From Auanema rhodensis (lineage: Eukaryota > Animalia > Nematoda), in NCBI GenBank assembly GCA_964057225.1, contig OZ059900.1:10416001-10480000 (forward strand): DNA of 64,000 nucleotides. The letters are read 5' to 3'. A program made the position numbers and the translations under genes. A model generated the notes under the pieces. That model worked only from the letters and a program-made list of their open reading frames with translations, was not told the origin of the DNA and searched no databases. Shown here in pieces: positions 19,138-34,100 of this stretch. How positions within the stretch are numbered: position 1 is the stretch's first letter; each line of letters begins with the position of its first letter.

Positions 19138-22100
19138 TTGGAATCCCCTCGAAAGAGCGGGACATCAGCATATCAAAGCTTCAGATATAACAGGGTTGTA
19201 ATATCTACAGCCTTCTTTAAAGAAAACAGCGGATTCAAAAGAAATAAAATAAACTGTAGTTTGCTTTCATCTACAGTATGTATAGTTACATATATACATA
19301 TAATTAACTTCCATATGATTACGTACATTTCGGGAGAGGGAGATATGGTTACCGAAAACTCGAATGATATACGGATATCACCATCATAGGCCATGTTGCA
19401 TGATGTTCTACAGTCAACTTCTCTGGTTCCTTTGCAATATTCCGTGAAAATCTTTCGCCTTTTACTAAAGATTTCCGTGCATAGGGACGCATATGAGTAT
19501 CTTTCTTTTTGGAATCCCCTCGAAAGAGCGGGACATCAGCATATCAAAGCTTCAGATATAACAGGGTTGTAATATCTACAGCCTTCTTTAAAGAAAACAG
19601 CGGATTCAAAAGAAATAAAATAAACTGTAGTTTGCTTTCATCTACAGTATGTATAGTTACATATATACATATAATTAACTTTCATATGATTACGTACATT
19701 TCGGGAGAGTGAGATATGGTTACCGAAAACTCGAATGATATACGGATATCACCATCATAGGCCATGTTGCATGATGTTATACAGTCAACTTCTCTGGTTC
19801 CTTTGCAATATTCCGTGAAAATCTTTCGCCTTTTACTAAAGATTTCCGTGCATAGGGACGCATATGAGTATCTTTCTTTTTGGAATCCCCTCGAAAGAGC
19901 GGGACATCAGCATATCAAAGCTTCAGATATAACAGGGTTGTAATATCTACAGCCTTCTTTAAAGAAAACAGCGGATTCAAAAGAAATAAAATAAACTGTA
20001 GTTTGCTTTCATCTACAGTATGTATAGTTACATATATACATATAATTAACTTTCATATGATTACGTACATTTCGGGAGAGTGAGATATGGTTACCGAAAA
20101 CTCGAATGATATACGGATATCACCATCATAGGCCATGTTGCATGATGTTATACAGTCAACTTCTCTGGTTCCTTTGCAATATTCCGTGAAAATCTTTCGC
20201 CTTTTACTAAAGATTTCCGTGCATAGGGACGCATATGAGTATCTTTCTTTTTGGAATCCCCTCGAAAGAGCGGGACATCAGCATATCAAAGCTTCAGATA
20301 TAACAGGGTTGTAATATCTACAGCCTTCTTTAAAGAAAACAGCGGATTCAAAAGAAATAAAATAAACTGTAGTTTGCTTTCATCTACAGTATGTATAGTT
20401 ACATATATACATATAATTAACTTCCATATGATTACGTACATTTCGGGAGAGTGAGATATGGTTACCGAAAACTCGAATGATATACGGATATCACCATCAT
20501 AGGCCATGTTGCATGATGTTCTACAGTCAACTTCTCTGGTTCCTTTGCAATATTCCGTGAAAATCTTTCGCCTTTTACTAAAGATTTCCGTGCATAGGGA
20601 CGCATATGAGTATCTTTCTTTTTGGAATCCCCTCGAAAGAGCGGGACATCAGCATATCAAAGCTTCAGATATAACAGGGTTGTAATATCTACAGCCTTCT
20701 TTAAAGAAAACAGCGGATTCAAAAGAAATAAAATAAACTGTAGTTTGCTTTCATCTACAGTATGTATAGTTACATATATACATATAATTAACTTCCATAT
20801 GATTACGTACATTTCGGGAGAGTGAGATATGGTTACCGAAAACTCGAATGATATACGGATATCACCATCATAGGCCATGTTGCATGATGTTATACAGTCA
20901 ACTTCTCTGGTTCCTTTGCAATATTCCGTGAAAATCTTTCGCCTTTTACTAAAGATTTCCGTGCATAGGGACGCATATGAGTATCTTTCTTTTTGGAATC
21001 CCCTCGAAAGAGCGGGACATCAGCATATCAAAGCTTCAGATATAACAGGGTTGTAATATCTACAGCCTTCTTTAAAGAAAACAGCGGATTCAAAAGAAAT
21101 AAAATAAACTGTAGTTTGCTTTCATCTACAGTATGTATAGTTACATATATACATATAATTAACTTCCATATGATTACGTACATTTCGGGAGAGGGAGATA
21201 TGGTTACCGAAAACTCGAATGATATACGGATATCACCATCATAGGCCATGTTGCATGATGTTCTACAGTCAACTTCTCTGGTTCCTTTGCAATATTCCGT
21301 GAAAATCTTTCGCCTTTTACTAAAGATTTCCGTGCATAGGGACGCATATGAGTATCTTTCTTTTTGGAATCCCCTCGAAAGAGCGGGACATCAGCATATC
21401 AAAGCTTCAGATATAACAGGGTTGTAATATCTACAGCCTTCTTTAAAGAAAACAGCGGATTCAAAAGAAATAAAATAAACTGTAGTTTGCTTTTATCTAC
21501 AGTATGTATAGTTACATATATACATATAATTAACTTTCATATGATTACGTACATTTCGGGAGAGTGAGATATGGTTACCGAAAACTCGAATGATATACGG
21601 ATATCACCATCATAGGCCATGTTGCATGATGTTATACAGTCAACTTCTCTGGTTCCTTTGCAATATTCCGTGAAAATCTTTCGCCTTTTACTAAAGATTT
21701 CCGTGCATAGGGACGCATATGAGTATCTTTCTTTTTGGAATCCCCTCGAAAGAGCGGGACATCAGCATATCAAAGCTTCAGATATAACAGGGTTGTAATA
21801 TCTACAGCCTTCTTTAAAGAAAACAGCGGATTCAAAAGAAATAAAATAAACTGTAGTTTGCTTTCATCTACAGTATGTATAGTTACATATATACATATAA
21901 TTAACTTCCATATGATTACGTACATTTCGGGAGAGGGAGATATGGTTACCGAAAACTCGAATGATATACGGATATCACCATCATAGGCCATGTTGCATGA
22001 TGTTCTACAGTCAACTTCTCTGGTTCCTTTGCAATATTCCGTGAAAATCTTTCGCCTTTTACTAAAGATTTCCGTGCATAGGGACGCATATGAGTATCTT

Positions 22101-25100
22101 TCTTTTTGGAATCCCCTCGAAAGAGCGGGACATCAGCATATCAAACTTCAGATATAACAGGGTTGTAATATCTACAGCCTTCTTTAAAGAAAACAGCGGA
22201 TTCAAAAGAAATAAAATAAACTGTAGTTTGCTTTCATCTACAGTATGTATAGTTACATATATACATATAATTAACTTTCATATGATTACGTACATTTCGG
22301 GAGAGTGAGATATGGTTACCGAAAACTCGAATGATATACGGATATCACCATCATAGGCCATGTTGCATGATGTTATACAGTCAACTTCTCTGGTTCCTTT
22401 GCAATATTCCGTGAAAATCTTTCGCCTTTTACTAAAGATTTCCGTGCATAGGGACGCATATGAGTATCTTTCTTTTTGGAATCCCCTCGAAAGAGCGGGA
22501 CATCAGCATATCAAAGCTTCAGATATAACAGGGTTGTAATATCTACAGCCTTCTTTAAAGAAAACAGCGGATTCAAAAGAAATAAAATAAACTGTAGTTT
22601 GCTTTCATCTACAGTATGTATAGTTACATATATACATATAATTAACTTTCATATGATTACGTACATTTCGGGAGAGTGAGATATGGTTACCGAAAACTCG
22701 AATGATATACGGATATCACCATCATAGGCCATGTTGCATGATGTTATACAGTCAACTTCTCTGGTTCCTTTGCAATATTCCGTGAAAATCTTTCGCCTTT
22801 TACTAAAGATTTCCGTGCATAGGGACGCATATGAGTATCTTTCTTTTTGGAATCCCCTCGAAAGAGCGGGACATCAGCATATCAAAGCTTCAGATATAAC
22901 AGGGTTGTAATATCTACAGCCTTCTTTAAAGAAAACAGCGGATTCAAAAGAAATAAAATAAACTGTAGTTTGCTTTCATCTACAGTATGTATAGTTACAT
23001 ATATACATATAATTAACTTCCATATGATTACGTACATTTCGGGAGAGTGAGATATGGTTACCGAAAACTCGAATGATATACGGATATCACCATCATAGGC
23101 CATGTTGCATGATGTTCTACAGTCAACTTCTCTGGTTCCTTTGCAATATTCCGTGAAAATCTTTCGCCTTTTACTAAAGATTTCCGTGCATAGGGACGCA
23201 TATGAGTATCTTTCTTTTTGGAATCCCCTCGAAAGAGCGGGACATCAGCATATCAAAGCTTCAGATATAACAGGGTTGTAATATCTACAGCCTTCTTTAA
23301 AGAAAACAGCGGATTCAAAAGAAATAAAATAAACTGTAGTTTGCTTTCATCTACAGTATGTATAGTTACATATATACATATAATTAACTTCCATATGATT
23401 ACGTACATTTCGGGAGAGTGAGATATGGTTACCGAAAACTCGAATGATATACGGATATCACCATCATAGGCCATGTTGCATGATGTTATACAGTCAACTT
23501 CTCTGGTTCCTTTGCAATATTCCGTGAAAATCTTTCGCCTTTTACTAAAGATTTCCGTGCATAGGGACGCATATGAGTATCTTTCTTTTTGGAATCCCCT
23601 CGAAAGAGCGGGACATCAGCATATCAAAGCTTCAGATATAACAGGGTTGTAATATCTACAGCCTTCTTTAAAGAAAACAGCGGATTCAAAAGAAATAAAA
23701 TAAACTGTAGTTTGCTTTCATCTACAGTATGTATAGTTACATATATACATATAATTAACTTCCATATGATTACGTACATTTCGGGAGAGTGAGATATGGT
23801 TACCGAAAACTCGAATGATATACGGATATCACCATCATAGGCCATGTTGCATGATGTTATACAGTCAACTTCTCTGGTTCCTTTGCAATATTCCGTGAAA
23901 ATCTTTCGCCTTTTACTAAAGATTTCCGTGCATAGGGACGCATATGAGTATCTTTCTTTTTGGAATCCCCTCGAAAGAGCGGGACATCAGCATATCAAAG
24001 CTTCAGATATAACAGGGTTGTAATATCTACAGCCTTCTTTAAAGAAAACAGCGGATTCAAAAGAAATAAAATAAACTGTAGTTTGCTTTCATCTACAGTA
24101 TGTATAGTTACATATATACATATAATTAACTTTCATATGATTACGTACATTTCGGGAGAGTGAGATATGGTTACCGAAAACTCGAATGATATACGGATAT
24201 CACCATCATAGGCCATGTTGCATGATGTTATACAGTCAACTTCTCTGGTTCCTTTGCAATATTCCGTGAAAATCTTTCGCCTTTTACTAAAGATTTCCGT
24301 GCATAGGGACGCATATGAGTATCTTTCTTTTTGGAATCCCCTCGAAAGAGCGGGACATCAGCATATCAAAGCTTCAGATATAACAGGGTTGTAATATCTA
24401 CAGCCTTCTTTAAAGAAAACAGCGGATTCAAAAGAAATAAAATAAACTGTAGTTTGCTTTCATCTACAGTATGTATAGTTACATGTATACATATAATTAA
24501 CTTCCATATGATTACGTACATTTCGGGAGAGTGAGATATGGTTACCGAAAACTCGAATGATATACGGATATCACCATCATAGGCCATGTTGCATGATGTT
24601 ATACAGTCAACTTCTCTGGTTCCTTTGCAATATTCCGTGAAAATCTTTCGCCTTTTACTAAAGATTTCCGTGCATAGGGACGCATATGAGTATCTTTCTT
24701 TTTGGAATCCCCTCGAAAGAGCGGGACATCAGCATATCAAAGCTTCAGATATAACAGGGTTGTAATATCTACAGCCTTCTTTAAAGAAAACAGCGGATTC
24801 AAAAGAAATAAAATAAACTGTAGTTTGCTTTCATCTACAGTATGTATAGTTACATATATACATATAATTAACTTCCATATGATTACGTACATTTCGGGAG
24901 AGTGAGATATGGTTACCGACAACTCGAATGATATACGGATATCACCATCATAGGCCATGTTGCATGATGTTATACAGTCAACTTCTCTGGTTCCTTTGCA
25001 ATATTCCGTGAAAATCTTTCGCCTTTTACTAAAGATTTCCGTGCATAGGGACGCATATGAGTATCTTTCTTTTTGGAATCCCCTCGAAAGAGCGGGACAT

Positions 25101-28100
25101 CAGCATATCAAAGCTTCAGATATAACAGGGTTGTAATCAGCCTTCTTTAAAGAAAACAGCGGATTCAAAAGAAATAAAATAAACTGTAGTTTGCTTTTAT
25201 CTACAGTATGTATAGTTACATATATACATATAATTAACTTCCATATGATTACGTACATTTCGGGAGAGTGAGATATGGTTACCGACAACTCGAATGATAT
25301 ACGGATATCACCATCATAGGCCATGTTGCATGATGTTATACAGTCAACTTCTCTGGTTCCTTTGCAATATTCCGTGAAAATCTTTCGCCTTTTACTAAAG
25401 ATTTCCGTGCATAGGGACGCATATGAGTATCTTTCTTTTTGGAATCCCCTCGAAAGAGCGGGACATCAGCATATCAAAGCTTCTGATATAACAGGGTTGT
25501 AATATCTACAGCCTTCTTTAAAGAAAACAGCGGATTCAAAAGAAATAAAATAAACTGTAGTTTGCTTTCATCTACAGTATGTATAGTTACATATATACAT
25601 ATAATTAACTTCCATATGATTACGTACATTTCGGGAGAGTGAGATATGGTTACCGACAACTCGAATGATATACGGATATCACCATCATAGGCCATGTTGC
25701 ATGATGTTATACAGTCAACTTCTCTGGTTCCTTTGCAATATTCCGTGAAAATCTTTCGCCTTTTACTAAAGATTTCCGTGCATAGGGACGCATATGAGTA
25801 TCTTTCTTTTTGGAATCCCCTCGAAAGAGCGGGACATCAGCATATCAAAGCTTCAGATATAACAGGGTTGTAATCAGCCTTCTTTAAAGAAAACAGCGGA
25901 TTCAAAAGAAATAAAATAAACTGTAGTTTGCTTTTATCTACAGTATGTATAGTTACATATATACATATAATTAACTTCCATATGATTACGTACATTTCGG
26001 GAGAGTGAGATATGGTTACCGACAACTCGAATGATATACGGATATCACCATCATAGGCCATGTTGCATGATGTTATACAGTCAACTTCTCTGGTTCCTTT
26101 GCAATATTCCGTGAAAATCTTTCGCCTTTTACTAAAGATTTCCGTGCATAGGGACGCATATGAGTATCTTTCTTTTTGGAATCCCCTCGAAAGAGCGGGA
26201 CATCAGCATATCAAAGCTTCTGATATAACAGGGTTGTAATATCTACAGCCTTCTTTAAAGAAAACAGCGGATTCAAAAGAAATAAAATAAACTGTAGTTT
26301 GCTTTCATCTACAGTATGTATAGTTACATATATACATATAATTAACTTCCATATGATTACGTACATTTCGGGAGAGTGAGATATGTTTACCGAAAACTCG
26401 AATGATATACGGATATCACCATCATAGGCCATGTTGCATGATGTTATACAGTCAACTTCTCTGGTTCCTTTGCAATATTCCGTGAAAATCTTTCGCCTTT
26501 TACTAAAGATTTCCGTGCATAGGGACGCATATGAGTATCTTTCTTTTTGGAATCAACTCGAAAGAGCGGGACATCAGCATATCAAAGCTTCTGATATAAC
26601 AGGGTTGTAATATCTACAGCCTTCTTTAAAGAAAACAGCGGATACAAAAGAAATAAAATAAACTGTAGTTTGCTTTCATCTACAGTATGTATAGTTACAT
26701 ATATACATATAATTAACTTCCATATGATTACGTACATTTCGGGAGAGTGAGATATGGTTACCGAAAACTCGAATGATATACGGATATCACCATCATAGGC
26801 CATATTGCATGATGTTATACAGTCAACTTCTCTGGTTCCTTTGCAATATTCCGTGAAAATCTTTCGCCTTTTACTAAAGATTTCCGTGCATAGGGACGCA
26901 TATGAGTATCTTTCTTTTTGGAATCCCCTCGAAAGAGCGGGACATCAGCATATCAAAGCTTCTGATATAACAGGGTTGTAATATCTACAGCCTTCTTTAA
27001 AGAAAACAGCGGATACAAAAGAAATAAAATAAACTGTAGTTTGCTTTCATCTACAGTATGTATAGTTACATGTATACATATAAGTAACTTCCATATGATT
27101 ACGTACATTTCGGGAGAGTGAGATATGTTTACCGAAAACTCGAATGATATACGGATATCACCATCATAGGCCATGTTGCATGATGTTATACAGTCAACTT
27201 CTCTGGTTCCTTTGCAATATTCCGTGAAAATCTTTCGCCTTTTACTAAAGATTTCCGTGCATAGGGACGCATATGAGTATCTTTCTTTTTGGAATCAACT
27301 CGAAAGAGCGGGACATCAGCATATCAAAGCTTCTGATATAACAGGGTTGTAATATCTACAGCCTTCTTTAAAGAAAACAGCGGATACAAAAGAAATAAAA
27401 TAAACTGTAGTTTGCTTTCATCTACAGTATGTATAGTTACATATATACATATAATTAACTTCCATATGATTACGTACATTTCGGGAGAGTGAGATATGGT
27501 TACCGAAAACTCGAATGATATACGGATATCACCATCATAGGCCATATTGCATGATGTTATACAGTCAACTTCTCTGGTTCCTTTGCAATATTCCGTGAAA
27601 ATCTTTCGCCTTTTACTAAAGATTTCCGTGCATAGGGACGCATATGAGTATCTTTCTTTTTGGAATCCCCTCGAAAGAGCGGGACATCAGCATATCAAAG
27701 CTTCAGATATAACAGGGTTGTAATATCTACAGCCTTCTTTAAAGAAAACAGCGGATTCAAAAGAAATAAAATAAACTGTAGTTTGCTTTCATCTACAGTA
27801 TGTATAGTTACATATATACATATAATTAACTTTCATATGATTACGTACATTTCGGGAGAGTGAGATATGGTTACCGAAAACTCGAATGATATACGGATAT
27901 CACCATCATAGGCCATGTTGCATGATGTTATACAGTCAACTTCTCTGGTTCCTTTGCAATATTCCGTGAAAATCTTTCGCCTTTTACTAAAGATTTCCGT
28001 GCATAGGGACGCATATGAGTATCTTTCTTTTTGGAATCCCCTCGAAAGAGCGGGACATCAGCATATCAAAGCTTCTGATATAACAGGGTTGTAATATCTA

Positions 28101-31100
28101 CAGCCTTCTTTAAAGAAAACAGCGGATACAAAAGGAATAAAATAAACTGTAGTTTGCTTTCATCTACAGTATGTATAGTTACATGTATACATATAATTAA
28201 CTTCCATATGATTACGTACATTTCGGGAGAGTGAGATATGTTTACCGAAAACTCGAATGATATACGGATATCACCATCATAGGCCATGTTGCATGATGTT
28301 ATACAGTCAACTTCTCTGGTTCCTTTGCAATATTCCGTGAAAATCTTTCGCCTTTTACTAAAGATTTCCGTGCATAGGGACGCATATGAGTATCTTTCTT
28401 TTTGGAATCAACTCGAAAGAGCGGGACATCAGCATATCAAAGCTTCTGATATAACAGGGTTGTAATATCTACAGCCTTCTTTAAAGAAAACAGCGGATAC
28501 AAAAGAAATAAAATAAACTGTAGTTTGCTTTCATCTACAGTATGTATAGTTACATATATACATATAATTAACTTCCATATGATTACGTACATTTCGGGAG
28601 AGTGAGATATGGTTACCGAAAACTCGAATGATATACGGATATCACCATCATAGGCCATATTGCATGATGTTATACAGTCAACTTCTCTGGTTCCTTTGCA
28701 ATATTCCGTGAAAATCTTTCGCCTTTTACTAAAGATTTCCGTGCATAGGGACGCATATGAGTATCTTTCTTTTTGGAATCCCCTCGAAAGAGCGGGACAT
28801 CAGCATATCAAAGCTTCAGATATAACAGGGTTGTAATATCTACAGCCTTCTTTAAAGAAAACAGCGGATTCAAAAGAAATAAAATAAACTGTAGTTTGCT
28901 TTCATCTACAGTATGTATAGTTACATATATACATATAATTAACTTTCATATGATTACGTACATTTCGGGAGAGTGAGATATGGTTACCGAAAACTCGAAT
29001 GATATACGGATATCACCATCATAGGCCATGTTGCATGATGTTATACAGTCAACTTCTCTGGTTCCTTTGCAATATTCCGTGAAAATCTTTCGCCTTTTAC
29101 TAAAGATTTCCGTGCATAGGGACGCATATGAGTATCTTTCTTTTTGGAATCCCCTCGAAAGAGCGGGACATCAGCATATCAAAGCTTCAGATATAACAGG
29201 GTTGTAATATCTACAGCCTTCTTTAAAGAAAACAGCGGATTCAAAAGAAATAAAATAAACTGTAGTTTGCTTTCATCTACAGTATGTTTAGTTACATATA
29301 TACATATAATTAACTTCCATATGATTACGTACATTTCGGGAGAGTGAGATATGGTTACCGAAAACTCGAATGATATACGGATATCACCATCATAGGCCAT
29401 GTTGCATGATGTTATACAGTCAACTTCTCTGGTTCCTTTGCAATATTCCGTGAAAATCTTTCGCCTTTTACTAAAGATTTCCGTGCATAGGGACGCATAT
29501 GAGTATCTTTCTTTTTGGAATCCCCTCGAAAGAGCGGGACATCAGCATATCAAAGCTTCAGATATAACAGGGTTGTAATATCTACAGCCTTCTTTAAAGA
29601 AAACAGCGGATTCAAAAGAAATAAAATAAACTGTAGTTTGCTTTCATCTACAGTATGTATAGTTACATATATACATATAATTAACTTCCATATGATTACG
29701 TACATTTCGGGAGAGTGAGATATGGTTACCGAAAACTCGAATGATATACGGATATCACCATCATAGGCCATGTTGCATGATGTTATACAGTCAACTTCTC
29801 TGGTTCCTTTGCAATATTCCGTGAAAATCTTTCGCCTTTTACTAAAGATTTCCGTGCATAGGGACGCATATGAGTATCTTTCTTTTTGGAATCCCCTCGA
29901 AAGAGCGGGACATCAGCATATCAAAGCTTCAGATATAACAGGGTTGTAATATCTACAGCCTTCTTTAAAGAAAACAGCGGATTCAAAAGAAATAAAATAA
30001 ACTGTAGTTTGCTTTCATCTACAGTATGTATAGTTACATATATACATATAATTAACTTCCATATGATTACGTACATTTCGGGAGAGTGAGATATGGTTAC
30101 CGAAAACTCGAATGATATACGGATATCACCATCATAGGCCATGTTGCATGATGTTATACAGTCAACTTCTCTGGTTCCTTTGCAATATTCCGTGAAAATC
30201 TTTCGCCTTTTACTAAAGATTTCCGTGCATAGGGACGCATATGAGTATCTTTCTTTTTGGAATCCCCTCGAAAGAGCGGGACATCAGCATATCAAAGCTT
30301 CAGATATAACAGGGTTGTAATATCTACAGCCTTCTTTAAAGAAAACAGCGGATTCAAAAGAAATAAAATAAACTGTAGTTTGCTTTCATCTACAGTATGT
30401 ATAGTTACATATATACATATAATTAACTTCCATATGATTACGTACATTTCGGGAGAGTGAGATATGGTTACCGAAAACTCGAATGATATACGGATATCAC
30501 CATCATAGGCCATGTTGCATGATGTTATACAGTCAACTTCTCTGGTTCCTTTGCAATATTCCGTGAAAATCTTTCGCCTTTTACTAAAGATTTCCGTGCA
30601 TAGGGACGCATATGAGTATCTTTCTTTTTGGAATCCCCTCGAAAGAGCGGGACATCAGCATATCAAAGCTTCAGATATAACAGGGTTGTAATATCTACAG
30701 CCTTCTTTAAAGAAAACAGCGGATTCAAAAGAAATAAAATAAACTGTAGTTTGCTTTCATCTATAGTATGTATAGTTACATATATACATATAATTAACTT
30801 TCATATGATTACGTACATTTCGGGAGAGTGAGATATGGTTACCGAAAACTCGAATGATATACGGATATCACCATCATAGGCCATGTTGCATGATGTTATA
30901 CAGTCAACTTCTCTGGTTCCTTTGCAATATTCCGTGAAAATCTTTCGCCTTTTACTAAAGATTTCCGTGCATAGGGACGCATATGAGTATCTTTCTTTTT
31001 GGAATCCCCTCGAAAGAGCGGGACATCAGCATATCAAAGCTTCAGATATAACAGGGTTGTAATCAGCCTTCTTTAAAGAAAACAGCGGATTCAAAAGAAA

Positions 31101-34100
31101 TAAAATAAACTGTAGTTTGCTTTCATCTACAGTATGTATAGTTACATGTATACATATAATTAACTTCCATATGATTACGTACATTTCGGGAGAGTGAGAT
31201 ATGGTTACCGAAAACTCGAATGATATACGGATATCACCATCATAGGCCATGTTGCATGATGTTATACAGTCAACTTCTCTGGTTCCTTTGCAATATTCCG
31301 TGAAAATCTTTCGCCTTTTACTAAAGATTTCCGTGCATAGGGACGCATATGAGTATCTTTCTTTTTGGAATCCCCTCGAAAGAGCGGGACATCAGCATAT
31401 CAAAGCTTCAGATATAACAGGGTTGTAATATCTACAGCCTTCTTTAAAGAAAACAGCGGATTCAAAAGAAATAAAATAAACTGTAGTTTGCTTTCATCTA
31501 CAGTATGTATAGTTACATATATACATATAATTAACTTCCATATGATTACGTACATTTCGGGAGAGTGAGATATGGTTACCGAAAACTCGAATGATATACG
31601 GATATCACCATCATAGGCCATGTTGCATGATGTTATACAGTCAACTTCTCTGGTTCCTTTGCAATATTCCGTGAAAATCTTTCGCCTTTTACTAAAGATT
31701 TCCGTGCATAGGGACGCATATGAGTATCTTTCTTTTTGGAATCCCCTCGAAAGAGCGGGACATCAGCATATCAAAGCTTCAGATATAACAGGGTTGTAAT
31801 ATCTACAGCCTTCTTTAAAGAAAACAGCGGATTCAAAAGAAATAAAATAAACTGTAGTTTGCTTTTATCTACAGTATGTATAGTTACATATATACATATA
31901 ATTAACTTTCATATGATTACGTACATTTCGGGAGAGTGAGATATGGTTACCGAAAACTCGAATGATATACGGATATCACCATCATAGGCCATGTTGCATG
32001 ATGTTATACAGTCAACTTCTCTGGTTCCTTTGCAATATTCCGTGAAAATCTTTCGCCTTTTACTAAAGATTTCCGTGCATAGGGACGCATATGAGTATCT
32101 TTCTTTTTGGAATCCCCTCGAAAGAGCGGGACATCAGCATATCAAAGCTTCAGATATAACAGGGTTGTAATATCTACAGCCTTCTTTAAAGAAAACAGCG
32201 GATTCAAAAGAAATAAAATAAACTGTAGTTTGCTTTCATCTACAGTATGTATAGTTACATATATACATATAATTAACTTTCATATGATTACGTACATTTC
32301 GGGAGAGTGAGATATGGTTACCGAAAACTCGAATGATATACGGATATCACCATCATAGGCCATGTTGCATGATGTTATACAGTCAACTTCTCTGGTTCCT
32401 TTGCAATATTCCGTGAAAATCTTTCGCCTTTTACTAAAGATTTCCGTGCATAGGGACGCATATGAGTATCTTTCTTTTTGGAATCCCCTCGAAAGAGCGG
32501 GACATCAGCATATCAAAGCTTCAGATATAACAGGGTTGTAATATCTACAGCCTTCTTTAAAGAAAACAGCGGATTCAAAAGAAATAAAATAAACTGTAGT
32601 TTGCTTTCATCTACAGTATGTATAGTTACATATATACATATAATTAACTTTCATATGATTACGTACATTTCGGGAGAGTGAGATATGGTTACCGAAAACT
32701 CGAATGATATACGGATATCACCATCATAGGCCATGTTGCATGATGTTATACAGTCAACTTCTCTGGTTCCTTTGCAATATTCCGTGAAAATCTTTCGCCT
32801 TTTACTAAAGATTTCCGTGCATAGGGACGCATATGAGTATCTTTCTTTTTGGAATCCCCTCGAAAGAGCGGGACATCAGCATATCAAAGCTTCAGATATA
32901 ACAGGGTTGTAATATCTACAGCCTTCTTTAAAGAAAACAGCGGATTCAAAAGAAATAAAATAAACTGTAGTTTGCTTTCATCTACAGTATGTATAGTTAC
33001 ATATATACATATAATTAACTTTCATATGATTACGTACATTTCGGGAGAGTGAGATATGGTTACCGAAAACTCGAATGATATACGGATATCACCATCATAG
33101 GCCATGTTGCATGATGTTCTACAGTCAACTTCTCTGGTTCCTTTGCAATATTCCGTGAAAATCTTTCGCCTTTTACTAAAGATTTCCGTGCATAGGGACG
33201 CATATGAGTATCTTTCTTTTTGGAATCCCCTCGAAAGAGCGGGACATCAGCATATCAAAGCTTCAGATATAACAGGGTTGTAATATCTACAGCCTTCTTT
33301 AAAGAAAACAGCGGATTCAAAAGAAATAAAATAAACTGTAGTTTGCTTTCATCTACAGTATGTATAGTTACATATATACATATAATTAACTTTCATATGA
33401 TTACGTACATTTCGGGAGAGTGAGATATGGTTACCGAAAACTCGAATGATATACGGATATCACCATCATAGGCCATGTTGCATGATGTTCTACAGTCAAC
33501 TTCTCTGGTTCCTTTGCAATATTCCGTGAAAATCTTTCGCCTTTTACTAAAGATTTCCGTGCATAGGGACGCATATGAGTATCTTTCTTTTTGGAATCCC
33601 CTCGAAAGAGCGGGACATCAGCATATCAAAGCTTCAGATATAACAGGGTTGTAATATCTACAGCCTTCTTTAAAGAAAACAGCGGATTCAAAAGAAATAA
33701 AATAAACTGTAGTTTGCTTTCATCTACAGTATGTATAGTTACATATATACATATAATTAACTTTCATATGATTACGTACATTTCGGGAGAGTGAGATATG
33801 GTTACCGAAAACTCGAATGATATACGGATATCACCATCATAGGCCATGTTGCATGATGTTCTACAGTCAACTTCTCTGGTTCCTTTGCAATATTCCGTGA
33901 AAATCTTTCGCCTTTTACTAAAGATTTCCGTGCATAGGGACGCATATGAGTATCTTTCTTTTTGGAATCCCCTCGAAAGAGCGGGACATCAGCATATCAA
34001 AGCTTCAGATATAACAGGGTTGTAATATCTACAGCCTTCTTTAAAGAAAACAGCGGATTCAAAAGAAATAAAATAAACTGTAGTTTGCTTTTATCTACAG

